This document shows, piece by piece, positions 49,101 through 60,665 of a DNA stretch of 64,000 bases. A program made the position numbers and the translations under genes. Origin of the DNA: Yuukianura sp. NJ FZ-2021 (Eukaryota); NCBI GenBank assembly GCA_046563655.1, contig CM102287.1, positions 4,650,001-4,714,000 of the forward strand, written 5' to 3'. Position 1 is the stretch's first letter, and each line of letters opens with the position of its first letter. Under the pieces are notes generated by a model, which was not told the origin of the DNA, made no database searches, and was given only the letters and a program-made list of their open reading frames with translations.

Positions 49101-52100
49101 CTGGATTTGGAGTAAATGTCGTCGTTTGATGTTTTTGGTGAAAAGGAAGTCTTTAATTTTCGTTCCTTTTTTGCGCTCAGATTTCTCAAGCTTCGTGGGA
49201 ACGGCATAAGGTTAGGTAAAAGTAAAAGTTTTTTGTGTTGAGCCTACAAGTCGCTGGGGACTCAAGATTTGTTGCCCTGCAACAAAGGGGAGGGAGGGTG
49301 GGCGGATTTAGGGAGAATGTGAAAGTTGTTTCAAATTTATTTCACTCTGAGGTGAAACTTTAAAAAAAAATAAAGAATTTATTGGAACTTGGAGGAAACA
49401 AGACTGAGGTGAAAGTTGTTTTTAATTTGTTTTGTTGTTTGTAGGTCTCGGAAGACACATCCTGGTCCTGTGGTCTACCTGGGTGACAATCCAATCGATC
49501 CCAACAAGGTTGGTGGAAGCCATTTTGAAGTTTACTCTAGAGAATATTGGAGAAAAAGTAGAATTAGAGGGAGTAACTATGAAAAAGAATGGAATTGGAG
49601 GGAGTAACTATATAGGAGAAGGCCGAATTACGCCTAAAGATGTGGCCCTAGTGACACTAATTAGGAGAAAGTCGATGGTGGAAGTTGGTTTGTGGGTTAT
49701 GGGAAAAGTAATCAGCGCCCTCTGACCTCCTTTCATTTCTCATTTCAGCTTCTAATTGGATTTGAGACGGGTCAATTAGTTATGTGGGATCTGCGGAATA
49801 AATGTGCCGAGATGAGATTTCAAGCTTCTGAGCCGCTCCGATCCCTGTCTTGGCATTCGGATGGGAAGCAGTTTATGTCGGCTCATGCCGACGGCAGTCT
49901 CGTTACGTGGAACATTCGACAAGGACCGAAACCAGTCTCCATTACTTGGCCTCACTGTAAGAAAACCGATAAAACTGAAACCGGTCTAATCGAACCGGTA
50001 AAATTTGAAGTGATTAGCAGAGAAAAAATCAAAACCGGTAAAATGGGATTGACAGAGAGAAAATTAAACCGGTAAAATCCAATTCATTGGCAGAGAAAGT
50101 GTTAACACTTTGTCGGAATTTAGAAAATTGAAAATTCCTAGGATTTTCTTTTTGAGAATTTGGAACTTTTTTTTTCTGAATTTTCGAGTTTCTGGGAGTA
50201 CCGAGATGAACTTTTAGGTTCATTGCAGGTACTAAAACGTGAACGAAGGAAAAACGAAGGTCACTTTTCGGTTTTAATGGTTTCTCCGGAAAGTAGACAA
50301 TTTTTGCTTAACGTTGCAAGGAGTTGGAAAGAGGTGTGGGTGTAGAATTTAGAAATAAAAAGCATTATAAGGCAGGAGGACATAAATTGGACTTCTCTGC
50401 TCCCGCACTTTTAAGTTGTTTGAGGGCCCATTTCAAGATTTTATTCTCCTTTTTACTCCCATTGTTATTTTTTCCTTGTTCTTTTTCCAGCCCGTACGAC
50501 AAAGGAAGGGAAGACTGAACCGTGTAAGAGCATTCAGAAGGTGGAATGGAAGTCTTCTCGTACGGGGTAAGTGGAGTAGTAAAAGTAAAAGTAAACGATT
50601 ACTTTCCTTCTGCTGTTGCGGGGAAAGAGTATTACGTTGTGAACGGAATTTGAATAGGGTTTAGCACATAACTTCAAGAAATTACTCACATGTGCTTCCA
50701 CCCCCCAACGTTGTAAAATTAGGGAAGAACATGGGTTCGAATGAATTTAGTTCAAAACGAACATAGCAACATGCGAATTAGTTCAAAACTTCAATTAGTT
50801 CAAAATATAATATTGCTTAAAACGAATAATAGCTTCAGGGCTTGTTCGCATTTAGCGTTAGCATTTTTAGCGCGAGCTACTATTGCTATTTATGCTAAGC
50901 TAAAACGGCTGCGATGCTAAGTTCACTGCGAAATTTAAAAGGTTTTTTGAAAAGCATGATTTTAAAAAAAAACAGTAAAAAGAAAACAGTTTTGATGCAA
51001 TTGATTTTGTTAATGACTGAAATAGTTCTCATAGTTATTATGGTGTAAGAATTAATTGCTTTATGAAATTAATCTCATTAATTATTTTTTATTATTATAT
51101 TCTTTTTTCGCTATGTTATTTGTTAATTTATGATGAATTAATTCGCTAAATATTTTAGAAGCTCTGCGTAGTTCTCTTTCCACGGAAATCTAAGGTTTTG
51201 TATGCTCCGAATTGTCGCTTAGCGTTCTGATTGCGAACTTCGCGCCCGATCCCCATAAGGATACATTGTTTTTAGCATAAATAGCGGGGTTTTTAGCACT
51301 TTTGCTAAAATTGCTAAGCTATTCTTTTTTAGCGCTAAAAAGACCAGCCCTGAATAGGTTCAAAAATGCATTATACCGGTTTTTTTTGGTCATTTAATTT
51401 GGAAAGAATTTCGTTTTGAAAGAATTAATTTCCATCTCAACAAACAGTAAACTGAAAGTGAAACTAAACCTAATCTAATTTTGAAAGAATTAATTTCGAA
51501 CGGATTTGATTTTAACGAATTTAATTTTGAAGGAATTTGATCTTGAAAGAATTTTTCGAACGAATTTTGGTTTTGTACAGTTCCACTTTGAAGGATTTGA
51601 TTTTGAACTTTCTTTTTTCAACAAAGGTTTTGAGGTGTTAATTTTGACGCAATTGGGTTTTGAACTTGTTTGTTGTGTTGACATTTTTTTTATTTGAACT
51701 AATCCTTTTGGAAGCAAGCCCTGTTTTAAGAGATTGGATGACATCATCTAGAGTGTTGACTGTGAGGCTGGAAGTTTATGGATTGCTGGTGAGCTGGAGT
51801 TCCAGTTAATTGAAGTTTTGGCTGAAACTGGAACTGGAAGTGATGAAGAGAGGAGCAGTGTTGGGCTCGTGTTCTCATTAACGGGTGTATTTTGAGTTGA
51901 ACTAATTACGACCTCCGTCACTTCCACTTTTAGTTTAGGCAGACGGAGAGAAAACGTGAGGTGGATGCTTGTAGTTTTTGTGCTAGGAGATTTTAAGCGA
52001 ACCGTAGAAAGTACACTGTAACTAATGGAGCCTGTTGTTTGTCTTTGGATTTCAGGGAGAATTTTGTGATATTTTCCGGGGGGTTGACTGTTGACAGGGC

Positions 52101-55100
52101 CGGTCGGACTCCGTCGTTGACTGTGATCCATGGGAAGACGACGACGGTTCTGGAAATGGAGCACAACGTCCTCGACTTCATTGTTCTTACTTCAGCTCCC
52201 TGGGAATCCGGTGAGAGATGAAGCGATTTACGATTTTCCGAATCTCCAGAGTGTTTGACAGATTAAGCTCAAAACGGAAGTGTGAAAGTGGCACGAACGA
52301 GAAATTCCAAACTTCTGGAAAATTTAATCGCGAATATGGTTTCATCAAATCCGGGTTTTGAAAATCCAGTTGAACTTGTGGGAAACTCTCAAAATGTCAA
52401 ATGTTGGAATTTGAAAACTTAGTTTCCGTTCTGCTTTTGAGCTTTTGCTGTGACTCACTCTGGAGTTTTGAAATATTGGCTGGGGACGGGTAATGAAGGG
52501 GGGATGGAGACATCTTTTGTTCTGGGGAAAAGGTGTCAGCGCCATAAATCTCATTGTTCTGAATCCAATTAATAAGTCCCTGAGAGAGAGCAGAATCTAA
52601 TCTCCAAAAACTTCAGAACCAAATGAACCTAGAGTCATTATTGGAAAACGCAAGTTTGTTATGTTAGGCTAACCAAAACTGAACCTAACGTTAGCCTAAA
52701 AACCTCTTGAATTAATTGAACCCAGACGCCCAACTAGGGAAAACCTAATGGAGAGAGAGGAATTGAAGTTGACAAGTCAAGGAGGAACTGGAGGAAGGAT
52801 TTTTGGTCAAGTCCACTTGTATTGGAGGACTGGAGAGAAAGTGCAGGTCTCCGGAGATGTGTCAATTCCAGGGAGCCATAAACTTTTATACTCCCCCTTA
52901 TCCTAACCAAAAGCTTAACCGAGCCAGGAAACTCGTTTGAATTGAACAGAAAAGAAAGTTTATGAGTCCAGTTTTACCTTATTTCTATTTTTTTTGGTTC
53001 TAGAGGTGCAAGATCCGTTTGCCATCGTCATTTTATTACAAGAGGATTTGGTGGTGATCGATTTATTGACTCCTGGTTACCCCTGTTTTGAAAATCCTTA
53101 CCCAATGGACATTCATGAGTCTCCTGTGACGTGCTGTATCTATCGTAAGTTGACCAACTTTGTCAATTCATGCTTAATTAATATATTTTAATGAATTAGT
53201 AATTAATGAATGTGGTTAAATTTTAATTTGCAGTGGCGGACTGTCCAGGAGACCTCATTCCTGCCTTCTACTCTGTTGGCTCAAAAACGCAGAAAAAATC
53301 GGGATTTAGTGAAAGAGACTGGTGAGGAAACGCAGGAGAAAAAATGAAAAATTGGAAAGTCTCAGAGGAGACTAATGTGGTTTTCTTCAAAATTGAAATT
53401 TTATTGAATTTGAAAATTTTTCACAAAAAGGTAGAAAGGAGGATGAAATTGAGTGAATTTGAAATTGTTTTGGACTTGTTTCAGGCCAATCAATGGCGGT
53501 CAATGGGGCTCAACTTCCTGTTCATATGCTGAGATTATTGTCTCTGGGTACGCCTGAATTATTTTGAATCCAAAATTTTGAGTTTCGAATTTTGAATTTC
53601 CTTTTTAAAAATGAATAGAAGAGGCACTCATCCGTATTTCAATTTATTGGAGTGGAATTGAATTGAAAATGACTTTTATTTTATGCACACAGACATGCTG
53701 ATGGGAGTCTCAAGTTTTGGGATGCCTCATCCACAAATCTCCAAGCTTTGGTAAGAAAAAACGTAGTTTCCAGTGAAGAGGAACGAAGCCACTTTGTGTG
53801 TCTCTGGAGAAGCGGAGTGGAAGATCACAATTTGAAATTTTTTATGGCTTTTGAAGCGATGATGCATCCGAATTGGGGAAAACTTAAACTGACTTTCATC
53901 TTTTTTGTGTGTTTGTAGTACAAACTGAAGACGTCGAAACCGTTCGAGAGGCCAAAGAAGGCGCGTTCGACGGAGAGCCAGGACGAGGATCCATTTGCGA
54001 TTCAGCAAATTGCTCTGTGTCCAGAGTCCAGATATTTGGCTGTGGCCGGCGCCTCTTGTCAAATCCTTCTTTTCAAATTTAAGAAACATGAGCACACGTC
54101 GGAGACAGCCGTGATTGAGATTCCAATCATTTATGACGTTGAGGAAGTCCTTGGAGGAAGTGGATTTGACTTTGTCAAAATGGGCGAAGGCGGCAAGGGA
54201 GCGGCAGAGTACTCGTGTCCGATCAAACCGAAGAGTGGACTCCAGAAGAAATCTCCGGGATATCAAATCGAACTCATTTGTATCACACCGTGGGTTGACG
54301 GTGAACCGCCCGGAGCCATTTCCACGGTGGCGGTGAACTCATCTTATGGATTGTGAGTTTTAACCTAAGTGTACGCGTTTGCGTTAGTTAGCCTTACCTT
54401 AGAAAGTGCGAATTTAAAATTTCAATATATTTATTGCGTTTTTCACAATATTGATGCTGAGCGAGCAAGAGCAACTACGATACTGAGAATGACTCTGAAG
54501 TTGTACTGTTTATTTCTTAGGATGGCGTACGGGAATGAATCTGGTTTGGTGGTGGTGGATATTTTTCAGAAAGTGGCTCTGTTCAATGTGGGAACTCCTG
54601 GTGAGTGAAAATTAACCAAAATTGAAATTATTACTACATAAAACTAATTCCAAAGTAATTAAAAATATCTTAATTGATTTAGATCTGTATGGAGCAGCTG
54701 ACCCGTACCAAAGAGCGCCCAAATCTCCCAAGAAGCTAGAAATTTCCGACGAAAAATCACCGACAGAACAGGTAACAAAAAGTGACATGGGGTTATTTTG
54801 AAAACGTTTTGATTTTTTGAAAGTTTTTGGAAGTTTCGAGTTTTAAAAGTTAGCGTTACTACACGGTATTGGCTCCAGAATCTTTAGAATTTAGTTGGTA
54901 GATTTTAGAATCTTAGTTTTTGATTTGTGATTTTGTGTTTATAATTTTGATAATTACGTTGTCCCTCCATCTACAATTGTAACTTAGGTTGAGTTAGTTA
55001 ACTGTTTGGAAACTGCTCGTCAGAAATTGGAGGCAACTCCCAATAATACTCCCGTCGACGATCAGTCTGAGACCAGTTCCGAATCGACAATAGAAAACGA

Positions 55101-58100
55101 AGTGGGCTCTGTATCTGAAGTGGAAGAGGACAAAGGTCACGAAGTACCTGAACAACCCAAGTGCAAGTCCACTACACCCACGAAGCATCGTACAGGGAAG
55201 CATACTTGGAGCCAAGTCAAAGTACTTATCAAGAAGTCACTTGGAGAAAAGAAAGCAGCCGCTTCTGGAGCAGCAGTTGACCCCAAGTACCTTGCTCCGG
55301 CGCAGATCAATTCTCAAGAACTGACACCAAGTCCAAGCTCTTCTGAAGAGCTGAGTCTCGACGAATTTGGCAATTCAAGAGCAGAGAGGCCCACGGATCT
55401 TCCATTGCCCCACCAAGTAGCGCAGAATCGTGTGACAGCTCCAACGACGACTGCCCAACCCAAGAAATCTGCTGTGATACCCAAAAAGAGTAAGAAGTCC
55501 AAGTGCGTTGACCTACGAGGAGAAAACGCTGGGTCTCTAACTGGGCTCATGAAGAAAATTCGTAAGTTTGTAAAAATCGCTGGGAAGCGATTAAGCTGGA
55601 TTACGGGATTCGAAGCGCTAGGAGCTAGTGGAAACTTGTCTGATAATGTAGTGGAGCCAATGCCTTCCGTCGTGTCTTCTTTCCTCACCAAACAACTTCT
55701 TCTGTCCTTCAGTTTTTTTCCTTGTTACTTTAGAGGCCGCAGTGTTGAATTTTTTGTGTTGAGTATTTTTGTTATCTTAGACACTTTCAGAGAGTTTTTA
55801 ATTATTTAGTGAAGACAATGTAGCGGAATTTATGTTTACAAGTTTGTAGAGAGCTTTGAGAGTGTTTTCGTGGTGTGGGGACGTTTTAGATGGATGGCAA
55901 CTGCTTTTCCCCAAGTGCGATCGTCCCACCAGGACGGAGTTCGGGCGGAACGTCACCGTCCCGCAAAAGTGTCCCAGGTCCGCCGAGTGAGGGGACGCAG
56001 AGTCAGTCAGCGGTGGTGAGACGAAGCAAGTCGCAAGGTAGTCAACGGACGAACCGAAGTCTGTCCAAATGCTACAGCATGGCGCAGGGGTCACTCGGGT
56101 CAGAGGAGGGCGAGTCAGGGCCTAGTTCTCCTGCCCCCGTGACGAACACCGTGGTGGCTCATGCTCCTCCACCGAGTGGACCCTCAAAATCTCACCTTCT
56201 CCTCCTTTCTAGACAATACTACAGCTTTGGTAGCAATGTCACTCACCAGACGACACACCCCAACTACCAACAAGGTTGGTTATGCTAACTTTCAAAAGCA
56301 CCTTAAGTCACCCACCATATCACGTAAAATCATCCTTGGGAAATAAGGGCATCTTTTGACAGTGCACCTTCAGCAGACGCACTCCTGTGGGAACACAGAT
56401 TAGCTGCTCTACACGCCATTCGTCATACGACGGAAAGAGCCATGTCAAAACTTAATGTCTGAGAGAATTGCTGTTTTTCTTACCAATTTGCTAAATTGCC
56501 CACGAATTGAGCAAGCTCTGATTCTTGTAGGACTTAAATTCTAGTGAGAAGTTAGACAATTTCCGAGTTTGAAGTGTAGTTATGTCAATCAGTTAACTTG
56601 TACTCGGTATCTCGTAATTCTAATTTCCAATTTGATGTTTGAATTTTAATTGGTTTTTGGGAGAAAAACTTTCGGTGGAATTGACGTAGCACTTTTCGTT
56701 GTTGAGACAATGGCGTGTTTCTGCAAGAAAAGACTTGCAGCGCTCTAAATGCCCTAAAAATTTCACCAGGTCGCAGGCTGACCCGGGCAGCAGTTTTCCT
56801 TCTCGCTTTTGAACTTTGCGAAGTTCTCTGGACTGAATTTTGAGCACGTTGAAATAATGTCCCAAGGATGATGGTTACCCCTTGACCACCATTTTTTGAA
56901 AATTCTAAATGTTAGATTCCTTAGAAAAAGTGTCAGTTTTCTTTAGAAAATTTGTCAGGGGAACGTTTTCTCCTAGGCATCTTACTATTACCAGCATCTC
57001 TCGATGGACGTCCCCCTTTTGTCTCGAATTTTACCCCCGTGACCCCTCTAACCCCCATTTTTTGAATTTTGAATTGTACCCCTCACCTTCGTTTTGAATC
57101 GTACTTTGTTACCGACCAACCCCATTTCAGTAATTGTAGCGTTTGACCCCGAACTTAAATGTACCCTTGACCCCCCTACCCCCGGAATCTTAAAAGTGAA
57201 AATTAATTGTTCTGAAATCCTTATTCACGTATACACGTCTCTCACGCATGTGTGAAAAGAAGGTGACATTTTACCACTGTTTCTCAATTACTTATTTACT
57301 TTCTCTCTTTTTTCAAACTAAGAATTCAGTTAATTCGAATACTTTCTTTTTTTAAACTTTCTCTTTCAGCCTCTCTCCTTCTTAATTGTAGATTTTTACC
57401 TGCCCATTTTTCCTCAACATGCGCTGCTTTCGCTAACGTTTTTGGCTCAATTGCTGTTTTTGCTTCTCTAACTGCTTTCTTTTCTAAGAAAAATGTTGAA
57501 TTGGTGTTTGGAACAAGGATAAACGTTGATTACCCAAATTGTTTTGTGTGTGTGATTGTTGCTTGTAGCATGACGAGAATGTTAACTGTCTTTTTCTCTC
57601 TTTCCCTTTTAATTAACTTTTGAACTTGCTTTGAGGAGCGCACGGGATTCCAGTAGTAGCTAAATACTTGAAAATACTTGGAAATTGATAATGATCGGTA
57701 TTTTGTTGGTGGTATTTCGTAAACAGACAAGTTGGATACGACGTTTGCAAGATCCAGAAGTTCCAGCATGTCAAGTCTGGATAATATCAGTTCAGAAGCT
57801 ATTCAGTGCCTTGCCTTCATCGACTGCATGTCTCGGAGAAACGGTAAGGTCAAATTTTCATTATGAAATTTCATTTTTGTGAGATTAAAAGTCATAACTG
57901 AAAATTGTTGTTGGGATTTGTAGATTACTCAATTTTTCCTACACTTTGGGTTGGAACGAGCCTAGGATCCATTTTGGTAATCTCAACCAAGATTCCAGCA
58001 GCGGGAGATGCCCGGAAGGCAGAGCCAGTTGTGGTCACCCCCTCAGGAACCATTTTCAGACTCAAGGGCTCAATACTCACAATGTCATTTCTAGATTGCA

Positions 58101-60665
58101 ACGGAATACTCATACCGGGTAACGAAACGAACCACTCCAAAAAAAAATATATCAAAGAAAGTTAGTTGTCTAGGTCAACAGTCAAAATGGAGACACCGAG
58201 TGATAGAAACTGATTAACTCTTTAAGTTAATGGATCGAATGAGCTACGGTGTAACGGGAACGACCATTTGTTGTCTGCAAAAGTTGTCGACACTTTGACT
58301 GTGATTTAGCGAAGGAGAAGACAAAGCCGAGGGCGAAATCCACGAAAGTTTGCGTCATCTTTCATAAAGGAAGATGAAGCAAAGTTTTTGATCTTGTTTG
58401 TTCGGAATGATTTTCATTCGGGTTGTTTTCTGTGGGAAGGTATGCTAAGCCTATAGGAAAAGACTAATGGCCTGTTTTTCTGATGATGTTTCAGGGTCCA
58501 ATGAACCATGGAAAGATGAATCCAGAGAGCAGAAAGCAAGTAAGATTTTCCACTGGATTCACTTTCTCCTCGAAGCATCTTGAATCATGTTAAATGACTC
58601 TTTGGCTATATTGTCTTCCATCGTGTAACGAGAGTAGAGTAGAAAATGAAATGAGGTCCATCAACTCCTAATGTCTCATCTTCCTTTGTTCTTAGAAACG
58701 CCAACGAAGTCTCTCTCGGGACAATCTCCGACGCAGAGCATTGATTCAGGAAGTACAGACAGGCAATTCGCTGTTCTCGTTTCGGAGAAACAGTCTCGCG
58801 TCGTGGCTCTTCCTTCACAAACTTGCATCTACAAGCAGGAACTGTGTGATGCTGCCTTTGTGGTCAAAGCCAACGTGACTACCATCAAAGGTTCTGTTTT
58901 TGCAAAACACAAAGTGGATTGGAAATGTAAAAAGCGAATGTGGTTGTTTGACCTTTGACTTTTTCCAGATTCCGTGTGTTTATTATGCTACCTCTCCAAT
59001 GGACATCTGAGCATCTACAGTCTACCGAGTTTGAAGCTGCTGGTGGATGTGGACTTTGTACCTCTGTCGGATCTCAGGTAGATTTTCAGGATTAATCAAA
59101 GTCAATTGATCCCCCGAGACAAGTAAAAAGAAGAAACAGAAGCTGATCAAGATCTAGACTCTTTCTCTCTTTCTGTTTTTCTAAAAAACCATGGACACAC
59201 ACAGTTGAACTAATTTTTTGAACTTTCCTTCAGTAATTTCTCTCACACTCGCACTTTCCTCCTAAAACTTCCCTTGTTCAATTACTCTGGGCTGGAATTG
59301 GAATGATGTCAAACTCTCTCCTTTGCCTGTAAATCTTCAAACTCTCTTTCTCTCTCCCTGGACATGGTTTACTTTTAGAATGAAGTTGTTTTTAGAATTA
59401 ACTCTTGTTAAAAGTTGTTCTTCGTCTTTACTCTTACATATTGACCACCCCCCATCACCCGCACTAATCGTATCAAAAGTCCTTGGATTTGAAATTGACC
59501 CTTGACCTTATACTCTCTTGACCGCTCTTAAAAGTCTAAAAGCTGTAACTTTGGCTGACTCTCTGCCGCTTATACTTTTACCTCAGTTTTCAACGATCGA
59601 AGAAATCCGGTATTGTGGATCCAATGCTAAGCATCTGGGGACAACAGTTGTTTGTAAACGAAGACGCAAATCAGTAAGTGACCCTGTAGGCTTTTGAATG
59701 CAACTATTCACTCACACTTTCTTGCATCACTCACCATTCTGTTCTATAACCTGTGACCTCTGACCTCTTTGCATTTTTTGCATGCTTCATCTCTCATTTC
59801 TTCACTTTCTTTTCCTTTTCAAACTCAGCTAAAAAGCTTCTGTTCACTTTTTGAATTCTTTTCAATTCGTGTCAGAACTCTTCTGAACATCAGAACTGGC
59901 AAGGAAGACTCTGCTACATTCTCATCATCAATGTTGAGTCGTTGGGAATGAAATGAAATTTTTGGAGTCTAATTTTTTGTTTTCTAAAAATTTGTTTTCG
60001 TTTAGGATTGCCAAGACCTTCTGTCTGAGTGCTTTTGGACACGGTGTGTACTTGTCATCTCCGAGTGAGATCCAAAAATTTACAATTTCTGCAGACTTCT
60101 GGTAAGACGAAATTCGATCGATAACTTCTTTGAGTTTTCAAATTTCGAGGAAAGTCAATTTTTTTCATTCTAAATTGCAGCCAAATCATGGACAGCATGC
60201 TAGGAGAATTGTTCTTGGAGATTGAAATGCCTGAAAGACCAAAGGAAAGCTTCCTCACTGGACTTTTTGGAGGTGGCGTACGGAATTTGGATAGAGAAGA
60301 ATTATGTAATTCCTTAAAACCAATTAATTAGTGAAATATTTGACGAATTCTTAATTACTTTTGATTTAATGTTTGCAATTTGATGTTTAGTTGGTGAAAC
60401 GAGTTCTGGAAAAGGTGCGAAATCCGTGGCGAAAGTGATTCCGGGTCAAGGAGGTGCTCAGGCCCAGCTTGATCACTTGGGCATGCGTCAATCGACTGCT
60501 GCCAGTGAAATTGCCAAGACACGCCTCATGATGGTTGAACGAGGAGACAAACTGGGTCAACTGGAAGATCGAACAGGAAAAATGATGTCGGATGCCGAAA
60601 ACTTCTCATCCGCTGCCCATCAACTGATGCTCAAGTATAAAGACAAGAAGTGGTATCAACTCTAA
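34123..60665 (+). CDS. STXBP5: Tomosyn / syntaxin-binding protein 5 (WD40 propellers plus C-terminal R-SNARE), ~26 coding exons, alternatively spliced
   Basis: ATG at 34123 (MKKFTFKGVLDGFRSSV). Exons include 34123-34260, 35086-35183 (HGFPYQPTAIAYDPIQRLL), 46812-46997, 47258-47392, 49445-49508, 49749-49956, 50491-50566, ~52056-52209, ~53004-53144 (FENPYPMDIHESPVTC), short exons 53234-53750 (GHADGSLKFWDAS), 53919-54352, 54521-54600, 54683-54771, 54988-55561 OR 55890-56274, ~57728-57843 (RSRSSSMSSLDN), 57924-58118, ~58495-58540, 58696-58890, 58969-59077, [59587-59673], 60006-60101, 60181-60305 and 60391-60665. The last exon encodes the R-SNARE (ERGDKLGQLEDRTGKMMSDAENF..KYKDKKWYQL*), which separates it from Lgl. 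Confidence 0.96.
34805..34990. repeat. 29-bp minisatellite, ~6 copies, in tomosyn intron 1
   Basis: Unit consensus TTTTAGTCAGGAAAGTCAGAATCTTCGAC, repeated with few substitutions. Confidence 0.85.
36912..37030. repeat. 39-bp tandem repeat, ~3 copies
   Basis: aattttttgtgtgaatttttttcttttcaattcgaaggc / aattttttgtacgaattcttttctattcaattcgaaagc / aattttgtgcgtgaattctttggtttgcaattcggaaga. It explains the repetitive spurious ORFs 36822..37253 and 36883..37065. Confidence 0.75.
39780..40300. repeat. Degenerate AATGAAAAACATAA(G/C)TTAG / AATGAAAAACCTACGGTAG repeat cluster
   Basis: Repeated gaaaaacataagttag, atgaaaaacctacggtag and gtctgcgttaaatgaaaa words. Confidence 0.6.
44255..44605. repeat. GAATCG/GAGTC/GACTC motif cluster, probable DNA-transposon subterminal relic
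   Basis: Dense gaatcg and cgattc words, two copies of gaatcgaaacagggagtc and two of tttgactcatgag. No clear TIR/TSD pair. Confidence 0.4.
45087..45913 (-). mobile_element. Non-autonomous, internally deleted P-superfamily (THAP) DNA transposon, 827 bp
   Basis: Perfect 18-bp TIR CAAGGTTTCTATAGCAAC (45087-45104 / 45896-45913) and perfect 22-bp subterminal IR TGCTTCATAAGGTTAAGCAATA (45116-45137 / 45871-45892). Perfect 8-bp TSD GTGCTTTT (45079-45086 / 45914-45921). Internal THAP-like and transposase C-terminal remnants. Confidence 0.92.
45313..45708 (-). pseudogene. Deleted P-type transposase: partial THAP domain joined to C-terminal segment
   Basis: ATG at 45708 gives MVHYCSVPDCLNSDYKVKIGECKTKLFRVPKPEAIRKSWEASC (THAP-like CxxxxC..F-x-x-P..W), with TAA at 45555-45553. 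The same frame continues FRVHGGHVCKDPGVISRLESMIVHDFPTIDAGVVKRYARVRTFLRLRHLNQKL, resembling the basic/aromatic C-terminal helix of P transposases. Confidence 0.75.
50836..51352. mobile_element. hAT-like non-autonomous element (MITE), 517 bp
   Basis: Termini CAGGGCTTGT / ACCAGCCCTG form an imperfect TIR. The 8-bp flanking duplication AATAGCTT / AATAGGTT matches at 7 of 8 positions. Many TTTAGC/GCTAAA subterminal motifs sit at both ends around an AT-rich core with no ORF. Confidence 0.75.
54988..55561 (+). CDS. STXBP5: Tomosyn hypervariable-region mutually exclusive exon A (574 nt, phase 0 to 1)
   Basis: cttag|GTT GAG TTA...AAA ATT C|gtaagt, open in the frame of the upstream exon. Confidence 0.7.
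55890..56274 (+). CDS. STXBP5: Tomosyn hypervariable-region mutually exclusive exon B (385 nt, phase 0 to 1)
   Basis: ttttag|ATG GAT GGC...CAA CAA G|gttggt, Ser/Pro-rich, contains RRSKSQG. Confidence 0.75.
56324..56878 (+). promoter_or_regulatory. Nested long-range intronic RNA duplex downstream of tomosyn exon B
   Basis: Three properly nested complementary pairs: ATCATCCTTGGGA 56329-56341 / TCCCAAGGATGAT 56860-56872 (13 bp perfect); AGGGCAT 56346-56352 / ATGCCCT 56749-56755; ACACGCCATT 56411-56420 / AATGGCGTGT 56709-56718, extending with wobbles to ~56440/56689. Confidence 0.55.
59587..59673 (+). CDS. STXBP5: Tomosyn 87-nt in-frame cassette exon
   Basis: ctcag|T TTT CAA CGA...GCA AAT CA|gtaagt, phase 2-2, encoding FQRSKKSGIVDPMLSIWGQQLFVNEDAN. 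Skipping it keeps the frame. Confidence 0.8.

Noticed and set aside
34123..60665. Alternative identification as lethal(2) giant larvae
   Set aside because: The C-terminal R-SNARE with the KDKKWYQL ending and the MKKFTFKGVLDG start identify tomosyn.
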